A stretch of 64,000 nt of DNA from assembly GCA_964444785.1 (NCBI GenBank), contig CAYUII010000010.1, positions 10,025 through 74,024 on the forward strand. Reading direction: 5' to 3'. Under the pieces are notes generated by a model, which saw only the letters and a list, made by a program, of their open reading frames with translations, was not told where the DNA came from and ran no database searches. Made by a program: the position numbers and the translations under genes. Below, in pieces: positions 37,440 to 48,526 of this stretch. Source of the DNA: an uncultured Bacteroidales bacterium. Its GTDB lineage: Bacteria; Bacteroidota; Bacteroidia; Bacteroidales; TTA-H9. How positions within the stretch are numbered: the first letter of the stretch is position 1; each line of letters begins with the position of its first letter.

Positions 37440-39047
37440 ATGCATAAAATGATACTATTGGGAGATGAGGCAATAGCTCAGGCCGCAATCGATGCCGGAA
37501 TTTCCGGGATTTATGCTTACCCCGGCACCCCATCAACCGAAATAACCGAATATGTCCAGCACTCAAAAGAAGCTAAAGCCGCAGGTGTCTTAGCCTGTTG
37601 GACTACCAACGAGAAGACTGCGATGGAGACTGCCATAGGCATGTCATATGCCGGCAAACGCACAATGGTATGTATGAAGCACGTTGGTCTTAATGTAGCT
37701 GCCGATGCTTTCGTCAATAGTGCGGTTACAGGTGCCAATGGGGGATTAGTTGTTGTTGCTGCTGATGACCCATCTATGCATAGCTCTCAAAATGAGCAAG
37801 ACTCACGCTTCTTTGGAAAATTCTCATTACTTCCCATCTTAGAACCTTCAAATCAACAAGAGGCATACGACATGGTTCGATATGCTTTTGATCTCTCAGA
37901 AACCTACCGTCTGCCTGTGTTGCTTCGTATCACTACTCGCTTAGCTCATAGTAGAGCAGGGGTTGAAACAAAAAGCAAGCGGGAACAAAACACCCTCTCA
38001 TTACCCTCCAATCTCAGGCAGTTTGTACTGTTACCCGCAATTGCACGTAAACAGTATAAATCTCTATTAAACGCTCAAACCGCCTTAGAAAAAGACTCAG
38101 AAACCACTGGGTTTAATCAATTCATTGATGGTTCAGACAAATCTTTAGGAATCATCACCACAGGCATCGCCTACAATTACCTCGTCGAGAACTTTGAAAA
38201 CGGAGAAGTTCCTTATCCGGTATTAAAGATTGGCCAATATCCACTACCTCGTAAGTTAGTAGAGAAGATGGCCGACAGTGTTGAGCGCATCATCGTTATG
38301 GAGGAGGGCATGCCAGTAGTTGAAGAGTGGTTAGCTGGCTATTTAGGACGTGGACTAAAGGTTTCAGGAAGATTAGATGGAACCCTGCCCCGTGATGGAG
38401 AACTTAACCCCAATCTTGTAGCCGTTGCGTTAGGTTTACCTGACAGTCGTGGTCCAGAGATCCCTTCTATCGTGGTAGGTCGTCCACCCTCACTTTGCGT
38501 TGGTTGTCCGCATACTGATAGTTATACTGCACTGAATGAGGCTCTCTCTGAATACAGCAGAGGCAGAGTCTTTGCAGATATCGGATGTTATACATTAGCA
38601 GCGCTACCCCCACTTGAGGCCATCAACTCATGTGTCGATATGGGAGCAAGCATCACTATGGCTAAAGGTGCTGCCGACGCCGGCTTAGTACCCGCTGTAG
38701 CCGTTATAGGTGACTCTACTTTCTGTCACTCAGGAATGACCGGTCTTTTAGATGCTGTCATCAACAAATCGCCCATCACGGTACTTATTCTTGATAACTC
38801 AACCACAGGGATGACAGGAGGACAAACTTCTGCAGCCTTTGGAAGATTAACAGATATTTGTAAAGGCTTAGGTGTTGAGGAAGATCACATCCGCATCTTG
38901 AAGCCCTTGCGCAAAAACCATGAAGAGAATGTACAAATCATGAAAGAGGAGCTTGCATACCAAGGAGTATCTGTCATCATTCCTACACGTGAGTGCATTC
39001 AGACACTAAATAAACGTATGCGCGAGAAATTTAAGAACAAAGCTTAA
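37440..39047 (+). CDS. iorA: Indolepyruvate ferredoxin oxidoreductase subunit alpha
   Basis: ILLGDEAIAQAAIDAGISGIYAYPGTPSTEI, a TPP-binding region (GDSTF.HSG), and a CxGCPH cysteine motif (CVGCPHTDSY). Confidence 0.88.
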   Translation: MHKMILLGDEAIAQAAIDAGISGIYAYPGTPSTEITEYVQHSKEAKAAGVLACWTTNEKTAMETAIGMSYAGKRTMVCMKHVGLNVAADAFVNSAVTGANGGLVVVAADDPSMHSSQNEQDSRFFGKFSLLPILEPSNQQEAYDMVRYAFDLSETYRLPVLLRITTRLAHSRAGVETKSKREQNTLSLPSNLRQFVLLPAIARKQYKSLLNAQTALEKDSETTGFNQFIDGSDKSLGIITTGIAYNYLVENFENGEVPYPVLKIGQYPLPRKLVEKMADSVERIIVMEEGMPVVEEWLAGYLGRGLKVSGRLDGTLPRDGELNPNLVAVALGLPDSRGPEIPSIVVGRPPSLCVGCPHTDSYTALNEALSEYSRGRVFADIGCYTLAALPPLEAINSCVDMGASITMAKGAADAGLVPAVAVIGDSTFCHSGMTGLLDAVINKSPITVLILDNSTTGMTGGQTSAAFGRLTDICKGLGVEEDHIRILKPLRKNHEENVQIMKEELAYQGVSVIIPTRECIQTLNKRMREKFKNKA

Positions 39048-39180
39048 CCTTCTCCCCCTAACTTATTAACAGAAAAAACAAATTCAAACCACATAAGATT
39101 CCCGGTCTGACCTAATTGCAAACTATTTTTAATAAAGGACGCCAGGAGGTTGAATGTGATTATTGAAAAACAGATATTAT

Positions 39181-39756
39181 ATGAAAAAGGATATTATTCT
39201 GGCAGGTGTAGGTGGACAAGGTATTCTGTCTATAGCCACAATTATAGGTTCAGCAGCAGTAGCATCAGGTTTATACGTTAAACAGGCGGAGGTTCATGGG
39301 ATGTCACAACGCGGAGGCGATGTTCAATCGAATCTTCGTATAAGCGACAAGCCTGTTGCTTCAGATCTTATTGCTTTAGGAAAAGCTGACATCATTCTCT
39401 CGGTTGAGCCAATGGAATCATTAAGATACCTCCCATGGTTAAGTGAATCTGGCTGGTTAATCACCAATGTTACTCCATTTGTCAATGTACCCAATTATCC
39501 ACCTATTGATGCTATTATGGGTGAGGTAAACAAGGTCAGACAGCATCTTATCATTGATGCCGACCAAGTTGCAAAAGATCTTGGATCAGCACGTGTTGCT
39601 AATATGGTCATCTTAGGGGCTGCGGCTCCATATCTGGGAATGCCAATTGAGGCTCTAGAGCAGGCTATACGGGCTACCTTTGGAAGAAAAGGCGAAGAAG
39701 TCGTAGAGTTAAACATCAAGGCGCTTCGTACAGGGAGAGACTCTGCAAGAAGCTAA
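39181..39756 (+). CDS. iorB: Indolepyruvate oxidoreductase subunit beta
   Basis: MKKDIILAGVGGQGILS...QAEVHGMSQRGG. ~190 aa, directly downstream of iorA. Confidence 0.85.
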   Translation: MKKDIILAGVGGQGILSIATIIGSAAVASGLYVKQAEVHGMSQRGGDVQSNLRISDKPVASDLIALGKADIILSVEPMESLRYLPWLSESGWLITNVTPFVNVPNYPPIDAIMGEVNKVRQHLIIDADQVAKDLGSARVANMVILGAAAPYLGMPIEALEQAIRATFGRKGEEVVELNIKALRTGRDSARS

Positions 39757-39832
39757 TCTGATAATTCAATGTATAGTTAAATAAGATTGCCGGTAACTTA
39801 AACTACCGGCAATTTTTGTTATTTTGCATACC

Positions 39833-41089
39833 ATGAAAAGATTTATTATTGAGATCGCCATGATGACCTTTATCGGGGTTATTCTGGTAATTGGGATAAG
39901 ACAAATAAGTAAGTATCAGAAGGCCATAGTTAATGAGACGGTTATACCGAAGCCTGAGCCAATTTTATTATTTGGCATTGACATAGATTCATTAGATGTT
40001 AAGGAGGGTGTTATTGGAAATGGAGCGAATTTAAGTTCCATTTTATCAGCCACCGGGATGAGTGCCTCCACCATAGATCAGCTTGTTAAGAGATCAGAAG
40101 GCATTTTTGATTTGAAAAAGATAAAGGCGGGTCACCCCTACACGCTGCTTTTAGCAAGAGATAGCCTCTCCACGCCGACTCACTTCATCTATGAAGAATC
40201 GCCTATTAAGTATGTTGTGTTTAACTTACGTGATACGTTGGGTGTTTCACGTGGTGAAAAAGAGGTAGTAATTAAGCATGATACACTTCATGGAACCATT
40301 ACTTCTTCTTTATGGGTGGCTCTTAAGAATAATAATCAGGGACCAGCGATAGCGCTCGCGATGGAAGATATCTTTGGAGGAGTAATTGATTTCTTTGGAT
40401 TACAAGAGGGAGATGCTTTTCAGGCAATCTATGAGACCATGTATGTTGAGAACGAATGTATAGGTATGGGTAAAATAGAGGCTGGCAGTTTTACGCAATC
40501 AGGGAAAAGATATGAAGCCTTTTGGTATGACAATGATACCTTAGGTTTTAAAGGAGGTTATTATGATGGACAAGGACAAAGTACAAAGAGAGCCTTTCTA
40601 AAAGCCCCATTAAAATTCAGTAGGATAAGTTCTCATTTTAGTGGAAATCGCTTTCATCCGGTCTTAAAGATTTTCAGGCCCCATCACGGAGTCGATTATT
40701 CAGCACCAATAGGGACTCCTGTCTTTACTATTGGCGATGGGACAGTCGTTCAGGTAAGCTTCCAGAGAAATGGAGCCGGCCGGTATATTAAGATTCGGCA
40801 TAACAGCACCTATTCAACAACTTATATGCATTTGAATGGGTATGCTGATGGGATTAGAGAAGGTGTAAGGGTCAGACAGGGACAAGTGATTGGTTACGTA
40901 GGTAAATCTGGGTTAGCTACCGGTCCGCATCTTGATTTTAGAGTCTATAAATCAGGAAAACCAATTAATCCTTTAAAGGTGGAGTCACCGCCAGCAGAAC
41001 CGATTCCAGCAAACTTAAAACCTTTGTTTATGCAGAAAATTGCTTTAATTCATAAAGCACTAGAAAAAGCAGCAAAAAAAACAGAATAG
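39833..41089 (+). CDS. M23 family metallopeptidase, membrane-anchored
   Basis: N-terminal TM segment and the C-terminal motifs HHGVDYSAP.GTPV...GDG.V and STTYMHL...GQVIGYVG.SG..TGPHLDFRV (LytM motifs). Confidence 0.88.
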   Translation: MKRFIIEIAMMTFIGVILVIGIRQISKYQKAIVNETVIPKPEPILLFGIDIDSLDVKEGVIGNGANLSSILSATGMSASTIDQLVKRSEGIFDLKKIKAGHPYTLLLARDSLSTPTHFIYEESPIKYVVFNLRDTLGVSRGEKEVVIKHDTLHGTITSSLWVALKNNNQGPAIALAMEDIFGGVIDFFGLQEGDAFQAIYETMYVENECIGMGKIEAGSFTQSGKRYEAFWYDNDTLGFKGGYYDGQGQSTKRAFLKAPLKFSRISSHFSGNRFHPVLKIFRPHHGVDYSAPIGTPVFTIGDGTVVQVSFQRNGAGRYIKIRHNSTYSTTYMHLNGYADGIREGVRVRQGQVIGYVGKSGLATGPHLDFRVYKSGKPINPLKVESPPAEPIPANLKPLFMQKIALIHKALEKAAKKTE

Positions 41090-41113
41090 CAGAACAGACC
41101 AAGAGGAAACGCT

Positions 41114-41518
41114 CTATGATCGAGTCAGATATTGATCCATTATCTGAAGAAGGGTTGTCTTCTCATACGGTTTAGTAATAAACTCATCACAGCCTGCCTT
41201 TTGACAGGCTGTTTTATATTCATTAAACGCAAAAGCAGTTTGAATAATAATAGGAAGTCGATGGTTCATCTGCTTCAGAATTTCTGTAGCGGAGATCCCA
41301 TCAAGTTCAGGCATTTGAATATCGAGTAGGGCTAAATCAATATTATCATGCTCTTTTGCCAGATTTACTGCCTCGAGACCGGTTCTTGCCCAGAAACAAT
41401 CAATGCCGGTAGGTGAGAGAATAAGACGAAGGAGCTTGCAAGTAAGATCATCATCTTCTGCAATAAGAAGTCGCTTTCCAACCCAGTTGTGATGTAATGA
41501 AGAAATGCTTTGAGTCAT
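41114..41518 (-). CDS. Stand-alone response-regulator receiver (CheY-like) protein
   Basis: LLIAEDDD...DLALLDIQMPELDG...TA...KP pattern. 134 aa with no output domain. Confidence 0.85.
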   Translation of the reverse strand: MTQSISSLHHNWVGKRLLIAEDDDLTCKLLRLILSPTGIDCFWARTGLEAVNLAKEHDNIDLALLDIQMPELDGISATEILKQMNHRLPIIIQTAFAFNEYKTACQKAGCDEFITKPYEKTTLLQIMDQYLTRS

Positions 41519-41760
41519 GTTAGGGAACTTATAAAACCTACCCTGCTTTAACAGAGAAACGAAAAGAGTATTCGGTAAAATGCAGTATTAGGCCTGGGGT
41601 TATGCGGCTCTTATAGTTTATTCGAAGTAGGTAAAGAACTTATGATGTTGCGTTTATTACCGATGCCGTGGCAAAGATATATAAAATTACCCTAGACATT
41701 TGTGATTAATTAATCAGTTTTCAATAATCGCAACCATTCCTATAAAAATTAGGTACCATT

Positions 41761-41799
41761 AAAAGCAAAGTCTCTCTTCTATCTGTTAGAAGAGAGACT
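41761..41799 (-). terminator. Rho-independent terminator ending the lpx gene array
   Basis: agtctctcttct (41769-41780) pairs with agaagagagact (41788-41799), a perfect 12-bp stem. On the minus strand tttgctttt follows. It lies 39 nt past the lpxA stop. Confidence 0.78.
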
Positions 41800-41837
41800 C
41801 AATTAATTTTAATCAGTGGGATATGAACCGAAGTGCC

Positions 41838-42629
41838 TTATTCTTTCGCGTTTTTCCCATATCCCTTCATAATTCCCCGCGTCGAGGTATTAATAAACGA
41901 AAGGATCTCATCTCGTTCAGCTGTGGCAGGCATCTCCGCTTCTATAAGAGCCATTGATTGCGACACATTCAAGCCACGCAAATAGAGTGTTCTATAGATA
42001 TCTTGAATATCTTTAATTTGGTCTGGGGTAAACCCCCTTCTTCTTAAGCCAATAGAATTGATTCCGGCAAAAGAGAGTGGTTCACGAGCCGCCTTACAAT
42101 AAGGGGGGACATCTTTACGAACAAGAGAGCCGCCAGAGATCATGGCATGAGAACCTATTTTACAAAATTGGTGAACAGCGGATAATCCCCCAACAATAGC
42201 CCAGTCATTAACTTCGATATGACCGGCCAAATTAACCGCATTAGCCAGGATTACATTATTTCCAATAATACAGTCATGCGCAACATGAACGTAAGCCATC
42301 AAAAGACAATTGTTTCCAACCACGGTCTCATGATTTGCCTTTGTCCCTCTATGAATAGTAACAAACTCACGAATAGTGGTATTATCCCCTATGCGAACCA
42401 ATGTATCTTCTCCTCCAAACTTCAAGTCTTGAGGTACCGCAGAAATTACGGCTCCAGGAAAGATCTTACAATTCTTTCCAATACGAGCACCATCCATGAT
42501 GGTAACATTGGAACCGATCCAAGTACCTTCACCTATTTCAACATTGCCCTCAATGTTAACAAAAGGTTCTATCACCACATTTTTGGCAACTTTTGCCTGT
42601 GGATGAACATATGCAAGAGGTTGATTCAT
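41838..42629 (-). CDS. lpxA: Acyl-ACP--UDP-N-acetylglucosamine O-acyltransferase
   Basis: Hexapeptide repeats, the C-terminal helical domain (GLRRRGF..), 263 aa, and its position after lpxC-fabZ. Confidence 0.95.
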   Translation of the reverse strand: MNQPLAYVHPQAKVAKNVVIEPFVNIEGNVEIGEGTWIGSNVTIMDGARIGKNCKIFPGAVISAVPQDLKFGGEDTLVRIGDNTTIREFVTIHRGTKANHETVVGNNCLLMAYVHVAHDCIIGNNVILANAVNLAGHIEVNDWAIVGGLSAVHQFCKIGSHAMISGGSLVRKDVPPYCKAAREPLSFAGINSIGLRRRGFTPDQIKDIQDIYRTLYLRGLNVSQSMALIEAEMPATAERDEILSFINTSTRGIMKGYGKNAKE

Positions 42630-42650
42630 TTCTTTGTTAATTGAGGGTGT

Positions 42651-44048
42651 TTAGTTTGATATCCTTGAGATTTGAGCAAGCATTTCGGCCTCCATGACCA
42701 CTTTATCACCTACCCAAGCTTGTCCTGCCATATGACATAAACCGCGCCTAATTGGCGACAATAACTTCAATGAGAATATTAGAGTATCACCAGGAACGAC
42801 CCGGTTACGGAACCTGACATTATCTATCTTCATGAAGAGCGTAACATAATTCTCAGGATCTTTAACGCTAGATAAGATAAGAATTCCTCCGGCTTGAGCC
42901 ATTGCTTCTATCTGAAGTACCCCGGGCATTACAGGAACATCTGGGAAATGGCCTACAAAGAATCCTTCGTTCATCGTTACATTTTTCAGACCAACGACAT
43001 GAGAATCGCTCATCTCTAAGATTTTATCAATCAAGAGAAATGGAGGTCTATGTGGAAGAAGTTTCTTAATTTGATTTATGTCGAAGAGTGGGGTTGCATT
43101 TGGATCATAATAAGGAGCTCCAGATGGGTTAGTATTCAAGCGAACCCTTTCTAAAATCATTCTCCCAAAGGCAACATTACTGGCATGTCCAGGACGAGTA
43201 GCAATGATATGAGCTTTAAGTCGACCGCCCAACAGAGCTAAGTCGCCGATAACATCCAGCAATTTATGACGGGCAGGCTCGTTAGGAAAATGGAGATCGA
43301 GGTTATTCAATATACCCTCTTGTAAAACCTCAACTTTAGGTCTATTGAAGAAAGTACTCAGTCGGTCCAGTTCTTCCTGAGAGATAAGTCTATCTACAAA
43401 AACGATGGCATTGCTTAGATCACCTCCTTTAATTAGGTTGTGCTGTATAAGCAACTCCATTTCATGCAAGAAAACAAAGGTTCTACAGTTAGCTATTTCA
43501 GCAACAAAGTCCTCAACTTTATCCAGTGTTGCATGCTGGTTATTGAGGACTTTTGATTCATAATCGATCATTACGGTAAAACGAGGCTTATCATTAGGTA
43601 TTGCTACCAATTCGACCCTTTTCTCCTCATTTCTCCAGGTAACAACATTATGAAGTTCTATATACTCTCTATCAGCTTGTTGATCAACAATACCGGCTTT
43701 CAATAAAGTCTCCACCCAGACCCGAGAAGAGCCATCAAAGATGGGGAGTTCTACGCCATTAGTTTCGATCAAGATATTATCAATTCCCAAACCATAAATA
43801 GCGGCCAGTAGATGCTCGGTAGTTGAAATACGAACCCCATTTTTTATCAGGTTAGTACCCCGCTCTGTGTCTGCAACATAATCAACAAGAGCCTCTATGA
43901 TAGGCTTCTCTTCCAGATCTATTCTAGCAAACTTATATCCATGATTTTCTGCAGCAGGTCTGAAAGTGACTGTAACTTCCTGACCTGTATGGAGCCCATT
44001 CCCTGACACAGTAACAGGCTGCGCGATAGTTTTTTGTTTTTCGCTCAT
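42651..44048 (-). CDS. lpxC-fabZ: Bifunctional UDP-3-O-acyl-GlcNAc deacetylase / 3-hydroxyacyl-ACP dehydratase
   Basis: The N-terminal LpxC region (TVSGNGLHTG, TTEHLLAA, IATRPGH) is fused to a C-terminal FabZ hotdog domain (LLPHRPPFLLID...FFVGHFP..PVMPGVL.IEA.AQ). The start was moved to MSEKQKT. Confidence 0.95.
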   Translation of the reverse strand: MSEKQKTIAQPVTVSGNGLHTGQEVTVTFRPAAENHGYKFARIDLEEKPIIEALVDYVADTERGTNLIKNGVRISTTEHLLAAIYGLGIDNILIETNGVELPIFDGSSRVWVETLLKAGIVDQQADREYIELHNVVTWRNEEKRVELVAIPNDKPRFTVMIDYESKVLNNQHATLDKVEDFVAEIANCRTFVFLHEMELLIQHNLIKGGDLSNAIVFVDRLISQEELDRLSTFFNRPKVEVLQEGILNNLDLHFPNEPARHKLLDVIGDLALLGGRLKAHIIATRPGHASNVAFGRMILERVRLNTNPSGAPYYDPNATPLFDINQIKKLLPHRPPFLLIDKILEMSDSHVVGLKNVTMNEGFFVGHFPDVPVMPGVLQIEAMAQAGGILILSSVKDPENYVTLFMKIDNVRFRNRVVPGDTLIFSLKLLSPIRRGLCHMAGQAWVGDKVVMEAEMLAQISRISN

Positions 44049-44144
44049 AATCAGTTGGCAAAAGTAGTACAAATTGTGGAAATAATTTGCACTAACATTA
44101 GAGAATCCAACCCTATCGGGTAGTATATAACTTGTCTATTTGAG

Positions 44145-45173
44145 TTATTTCGTTGCATTGGGTTTCTCAAGAGCCCGTAGTCTTTTTTCAAGCTCAGGGA
44201 GTTGCTTAAATATCACAAAGGCTCTCTGATAGGCGTGGGCATCAATAGCAGGAGCTCCCATTACAACAGCCCCTCTGTTTTTAATTGAACTACCGATGCC
44301 TGATTGTGCAGCCATTTTGACCTCATCGGCAATCCTCAAATGACCTGCTATTCCAACCTGTCCTCCAAACATACAATTGGCACCAATATGGGTCGATCCG
44401 CTAACTCCTGTCTGGGCTGCAATGACCGTGTTATTTCCTATCTCTACATTGTGCGCTATTTGGATTAGATTATCAAGCTTAACACCCCTTCTAATGATAG
44501 TGCTTCCAAGTGTCGCCCTATCAATACAAGTATTTGCCCCAATTTCAACCCAATCCTCAATGACCACATTCCCAATTTGAGCCACCTTTTTAAATGTATC
44601 GCCCTGTTGTGGAGCAAAGCCAAAACCATCGGCACCAATTACAGTTCCACTATGAATCGTACAATTACTTCCTATTACAGTATCTGAGTAGATCTTTACT
44701 CCAGCATACAGAGTAGTGTTATCGCCAATGACGGTATTATCGCCAACATACACCTGAGGATAGATCTTTACATTGTTACCAACCCTAACATGCTCACCTA
44801 AAACAGCAAACTCTCCTACATATACCTCTTCACCCAACTTCGCTGATTCAGGGATATGAGAAACCTTAGACACCCCCTTTTTATCATTTCGAATCTTATT
44901 ATATAGTTCAAGGAGAGTGGCAAAAGAGGCGTATGGGTCAGCCACCCTTATAAGAGTAGACAAGACCTGCTTCTCAGCAACAAACTGATCACTAACAATT
45001 ACAATTGAAGCCTCCGTAGTATAGATATATTGTGTATACAGCGGATTAGCGAGAAAAGACAACGTCCCAGGCTTCCCTTCCTCAATCTTTGATAGTTGCG
45101 ATACTCTGACGTCAGGATTCCCTTCAACGGTACCCGACAACAATGCGGCGATCTGCTGTGCTGAAAATTCCAT
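44145..45173 (-). CDS. lpxD: UDP-3-O-(3-hydroxyacyl)glucosamine N-acyltransferase
   Basis: The N-terminal LpxD domain ([16 protein letters not shown]) is followed by long hexapeptide-repeat LbH and a C-terminal helix. Confidence 0.95.
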   Translation of the reverse strand: MEFSAQQIAALLSGTVEGNPDVRVSQLSKIEEGKPGTLSFLANPLYTQYIYTTEASIVIVSDQFVAEKQVLSTLIRVADPYASFATLLELYNKIRNDKKGVSKVSHIPESAKLGEEVYVGEFAVLGEHVRVGNNVKIYPQVYVGDNTVIGDNTTLYAGVKIYSDTVIGSNCTIHSGTVIGADGFGFAPQQGDTFKKVAQIGNVVIEDWVEIGANTCIDRATLGSTIIRRGVKLDNLIQIAHNVEIGNNTVIAAQTGVSGSTHIGANCMFGGQVGIAGHLRIADEVKMAAQSGIGSSIKNRGAVVMGAPAIDAHAYQRAFVIFKQLPELEKRLRALEKPNATK

Positions 45174-45257
45174 TTAGCGCGTCATTTAAAATGCAATGTT
45201 ACGAAGATTTTTTCTGGTTCTCAATTTGCATTTTGCGTAAACTATTACAATCCCCTG

Positions 45258-47720
45258 TTATAGGGCCCACTTAAAGGTCAGCATTACACTTAAATTATCC
45301 TTTGTTTTAGGAAGACTATATGGCCCAAAACGCCAAGCTCCGCCTAATCCCAGATTGTATAGCTTAAGATTTAGTAAATTATTAAAGTTTAAACCCGCCT
45401 CATAGTATCCTTTATCTGGCATCTTAACTTGGGTTCCCAAGTGATATTCCGGATGCTTCATATCGCCCCAAAGAGCATTAAAATATACTTCTGGTCTCGG
45501 ATTAAAATGCTTACTCTTAAACAATAATCCCTCAAAGTCATGCAAGAAGAAAAGGGCTACATATCTGTCAGAATAAAACTCATTCATACGCATGGTTGAG
45601 AAACTCTTAGGAGCAAAGAAGGTAAAGTTACCAGATGCAGCTACGGCATTATACAATGACCCAAGAGGCAAAGAGCCTGTTGCATAACCACCATTGATAT
45701 CTATTCTGGTCTTGCCAATAAACTTAGTATAAAAACTGCGACTCATTGCCACATCCACTTTATCGTAAGCCAATTCTCCTCCCAGTAAGTTATCAACCCC
45801 TCTGGTATAATTAACCCAAACTATCGGATAATCTGATCCTAGTGAGTGAAAGCTTCTTACCGTTCTAAAAAACTTCTCCCTAAAGGCAAAACGAAAACCT
45901 ACCTCAACTTCGGTCTGATGAAAAGTCCCTTCCATCTTATCTTTCCCATCTTTAAGAAATGAGTACTCTGGGAAAGGACTCCTTGTCAATGAGGTCAGAG
46001 CAACCTTAAAATGGAAATGCCTCAAAGCCCTGAAACTAGTCCAAACAGAATTACTCTGCGCATAATCCATTCTACTTATCTGAATATCTCTAAAGAAAGA
46101 GGGATCACTAACCAAGATATCATTCAATGGAAGACGAGTGCTTCCACTCTCAACCACATCATGTTGAAACTGATAGCCCGCCTTCCAATTAGCTAAACGA
46201 TAAAGAGTCGTTGATACCCCACCGCTATATTTTAATTCTTTATCTTTCAGCCCATAGGCAACAGATCCATTAATAGAAAACCTTCTGGAGAACTTTTCGT
46301 TGGTTTCTACGCCGGCTCCAAATCTGAACCCTTCAAAGTTGTTAAACTTGATAAATTTATCTAACGGTAAATCAAACCAACCCCAAGGGATCTTGCCGTT
46401 CATGAGCGTTTCAGCGATTTTTGCCACCCTTTGAAAGTTCTCTTTCTCTCCAATAGAATCAATAAAACGATAGGTCTCCTGGTTCTTAAGTGACAATGAA
46501 TCGGTTCTGTTTTTATTCCAAAAGGTCTCATCCCGAGAACCGGCACGTGGGTCAACATCTGTCCCCAACATTGAAAACGTTCCACTTGGGAAGTCCTTAC
46601 CAACAAAAACCTTATCGATATAAGTACGACCCTTAGCAACAATATATACTTGCTTTTTATTAGGTCCTTTACCTGCCTGAACGACCATATTCTTAAAATA
46701 GATGTCGGTGTTCAGCTGAAGCGGGAACCAATGGATAGAATCCGGTTTTGAGTATTTCTGTTGAATTCGAATCATCATTCCACCTGTCATCACATAGGGC
46801 TCCGCAATGACGTTGCTAACAGCCCAACCATCAGTAGTGATATATAAAACGCCCTTCAACCCATCAAAGTTAGTTCCTTTCCAAGGTCTAAAAGAGATGA
46901 TAAAGGTGGAGTCTTTACCTTGATAAGTAGTATCTTCAATCTGATAGAAATAACGATCTAAACTTCCCCCAGTCAAAGGGTTTACATAACTCCGATCACC
47001 AATCTTAAAGATGTCTTTATAAAACGTAGTGGTTTGCAATTGAGATAAGACAAACACAAATACAGGATCCTTTAAACCTGACATCCTGGTGGCAGTCAAC
47101 TTATTCACATCTCTATCAGGAGGCATAAAGCTACGTTCAACCACATTTTCAATCAAGAAAAGGTCTCGCTTAGCAAAAAACTTCTTCATCTCTCGCAATG
47201 AAGTATCTTCTGGCATGGTATCCTTACTAATCAACGAATCAGCCACAGAGGCATTTTTCTTCTCTGAGGAATCCTGATCGACAGTAAAGATCATCTTCTC
47301 ATATGCCGTATACTTAAACCCTTCCAGCTTCTCATAATTATTCTGGTCTCTATGGGCAATAGCCTTTCTAAGAATTCTATTGGCCGGGTTTTCAGTTGGG
47401 AGAATCTCGACCTCTGCCAATTCTACGGCTTTTCTATTCATCTTCAGTAGAAGATTAGAGAGTTTACCTTCAACTTTATAAGTCAATCGTTCATAACCAA
47501 CATAGCTTAAACGCAGAGACTTTATCGGTTGATTTGAATTAAAGCTAAACTTCCCATCTATATCAGTTGATCCTCCTCTTGAGGAGTTATTGATCTGAAT
47601 ATTAACAAAAGCGAGAGGCTCCCCGGTCTTGTTATCCACAACAACTCCATTGACAGCATATTGAGCAGACAGGCTTGATCCAAGAAAAATTAAAAAAAGA
47701 ACCGTAAAAAGGTTTCTCAT
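45258..47720 (-). CDS. CarboxypepD_reg-like domain + DUF5686 outer-membrane-type protein
   Basis: Signal peptide and N-terminus AVNGVVVDNKTGEPLAFVNIQI (carboxypeptidase regulatory-like fold). The C-terminal part is a large beta-rich region ending ..LTFKWAL, a barrel-like aromatic terminus. Confidence 0.6.
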   Translation of the reverse strand: MRNLFTVLFLIFLGSSLSAQYAVNGVVVDNKTGEPLAFVNIQINNSSRGGSTDIDGKFSFNSNQPIKSLRLSYVGYERLTYKVEGKLSNLLLKMNRKAVELAEVEILPTENPANRILRKAIAHRDQNNYEKLEGFKYTAYEKMIFTVDQDSSEKKNASVADSLISKDTMPEDTSLREMKKFFAKRDLFLIENVVERSFMPPDRDVNKLTATRMSGLKDPVFVFVLSQLQTTTFYKDIFKIGDRSYVNPLTGGSLDRYFYQIEDTTYQGKDSTFIISFRPWKGTNFDGLKGVLYITTDGWAVSNVIAEPYVMTGGMMIRIQQKYSKPDSIHWFPLQLNTDIYFKNMVVQAGKGPNKKQVYIVAKGRTYIDKVFVGKDFPSGTFSMLGTDVDPRAGSRDETFWNKNRTDSLSLKNQETYRFIDSIGEKENFQRVAKIAETLMNGKIPWGWFDLPLDKFIKFNNFEGFRFGAGVETNEKFSRRFSINGSVAYGLKDKELKYSGGVSTTLYRLANWKAGYQFQHDVVESGSTRLPLNDILVSDPSFFRDIQISRMDYAQSNSVWTSFRALRHFHFKVALTSLTRSPFPEYSFLKDGKDKMEGTFHQTEVEVGFRFAFREKFFRTVRSFHSLGSDYPIVWVNYTRGVDNLLGGELAYDKVDVAMSRSFYTKFIGKTRIDINGGYATGSLPLGSLYNAVAASGNFTFFAPKSFSTMRMNEFYSDRYVALFFLHDFEGLLFKSKHFNPRPEVYFNALWGDMKHPEYHLGTQVKMPDKGYYEAGLNFNNLLNLKLYNLGLGGAWRFGPYSLPKTKDNLSVMLTFKWAL

Positions 47721-47732
47721 ATTAACAAAGTC

Positions 47733-48473
47733 TTAGTGGTTGATTTGAGCAGCGAAATAATCCTCCAGATCACGAAGTGTTTGATCAGTAGTATTGATAT
47801 CATGCACGATGACACCACGCTCTAGAACAACTATTCGTTTACTAACATCGGTTACATGGTTTAAGTCGTGAGAGCTAATAAGCATGGTAACCTCCTTCTC
47901 TTCTTGCTCCTGCTTTAGCATCTGTTTTAATCTGATCTGAGAGCTTGGATCCAGATTAGTAAACGGCTCATCTAAAATCAGCACGGCCGGGTGAGTCATC
48001 ATAGCAGCGGCTATACCAACCTTCTTTTGATTACCTTTCGATAGATCGCGGATATATTTCTTTTTCCCAAGGATTTCATCATTAAAAAAATCCTTAAACC
48101 TCTCATAGAAGAGGTTCAAATCACCATCAGACATCTTGTTAAGAGAGGCTACAAACTTAAAATACTCTTCCGGGGTTAAAAAGTCGATTAGAAACCCTTC
48201 ATCAAGATACGACCCTGTATAAGCTTTCCAAAGCTCTGATCCTTTTACATTAACCCCATTTGATAATACCCCCCCACTTGATGAGACAATCAAGTCAAGC
48301 ACCAAACGAAAAAGAGTTGTCTTTCCGGCTCCATTATTTCCTACTAAGCCAAAACTCTCACCCTTTTTAATCACCAAATTCGGGATATCAAGGACAACCG
48401 TGTTATTATAAGCTTTTGAAAGTTTCTCGACAGTTAAAATATCATTCTGAAAAGTAATATTTGTTGATTCCAT
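47733..48473 (-). CDS. ABC transporter ATP-binding protein
   Basis: Walker A GNNGAGKTT, signature LSKGNQKK, Walker B LILDEP, and an H-loop SSHD. Confidence 0.9.
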   Translation of the reverse strand: MESTNITFQNDILTVEKLSKAYNNTVVLDIPNLVIKKGESFGLVGNNGAGKTTLFRLVLDLIVSSSGGVLSNGVNVKGSELWKAYTGSYLDEGFLIDFLTPEEYFKFVASLNKMSDGDLNLFYERFKDFFNDEILGKKKYIRDLSKGNQKKVGIAAAMMTHPAVLILDEPFTNLDPSSQIRLKQMLKQEQEEKEVTMLISSHDLNHVTDVSKRIVVLERGVIVHDINTTDQTLRDLEDYFAAQINH

Positions 48474-48526
48474 TTTATTTACAGTTTAATCGGTTTATGA
48501 ACTATTTAATGACTCTACATAAAGAT

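Noticed and set aside
39048-39180. The 133-nt spacer between iorA and iorB as a possible regulatory RNA or small gene
   Set aside because: No ORF, hairpin or repeat of note was visible. It is most simply an intergenic spacer, or the iorB start lies at the upstream alternative codon (39163).
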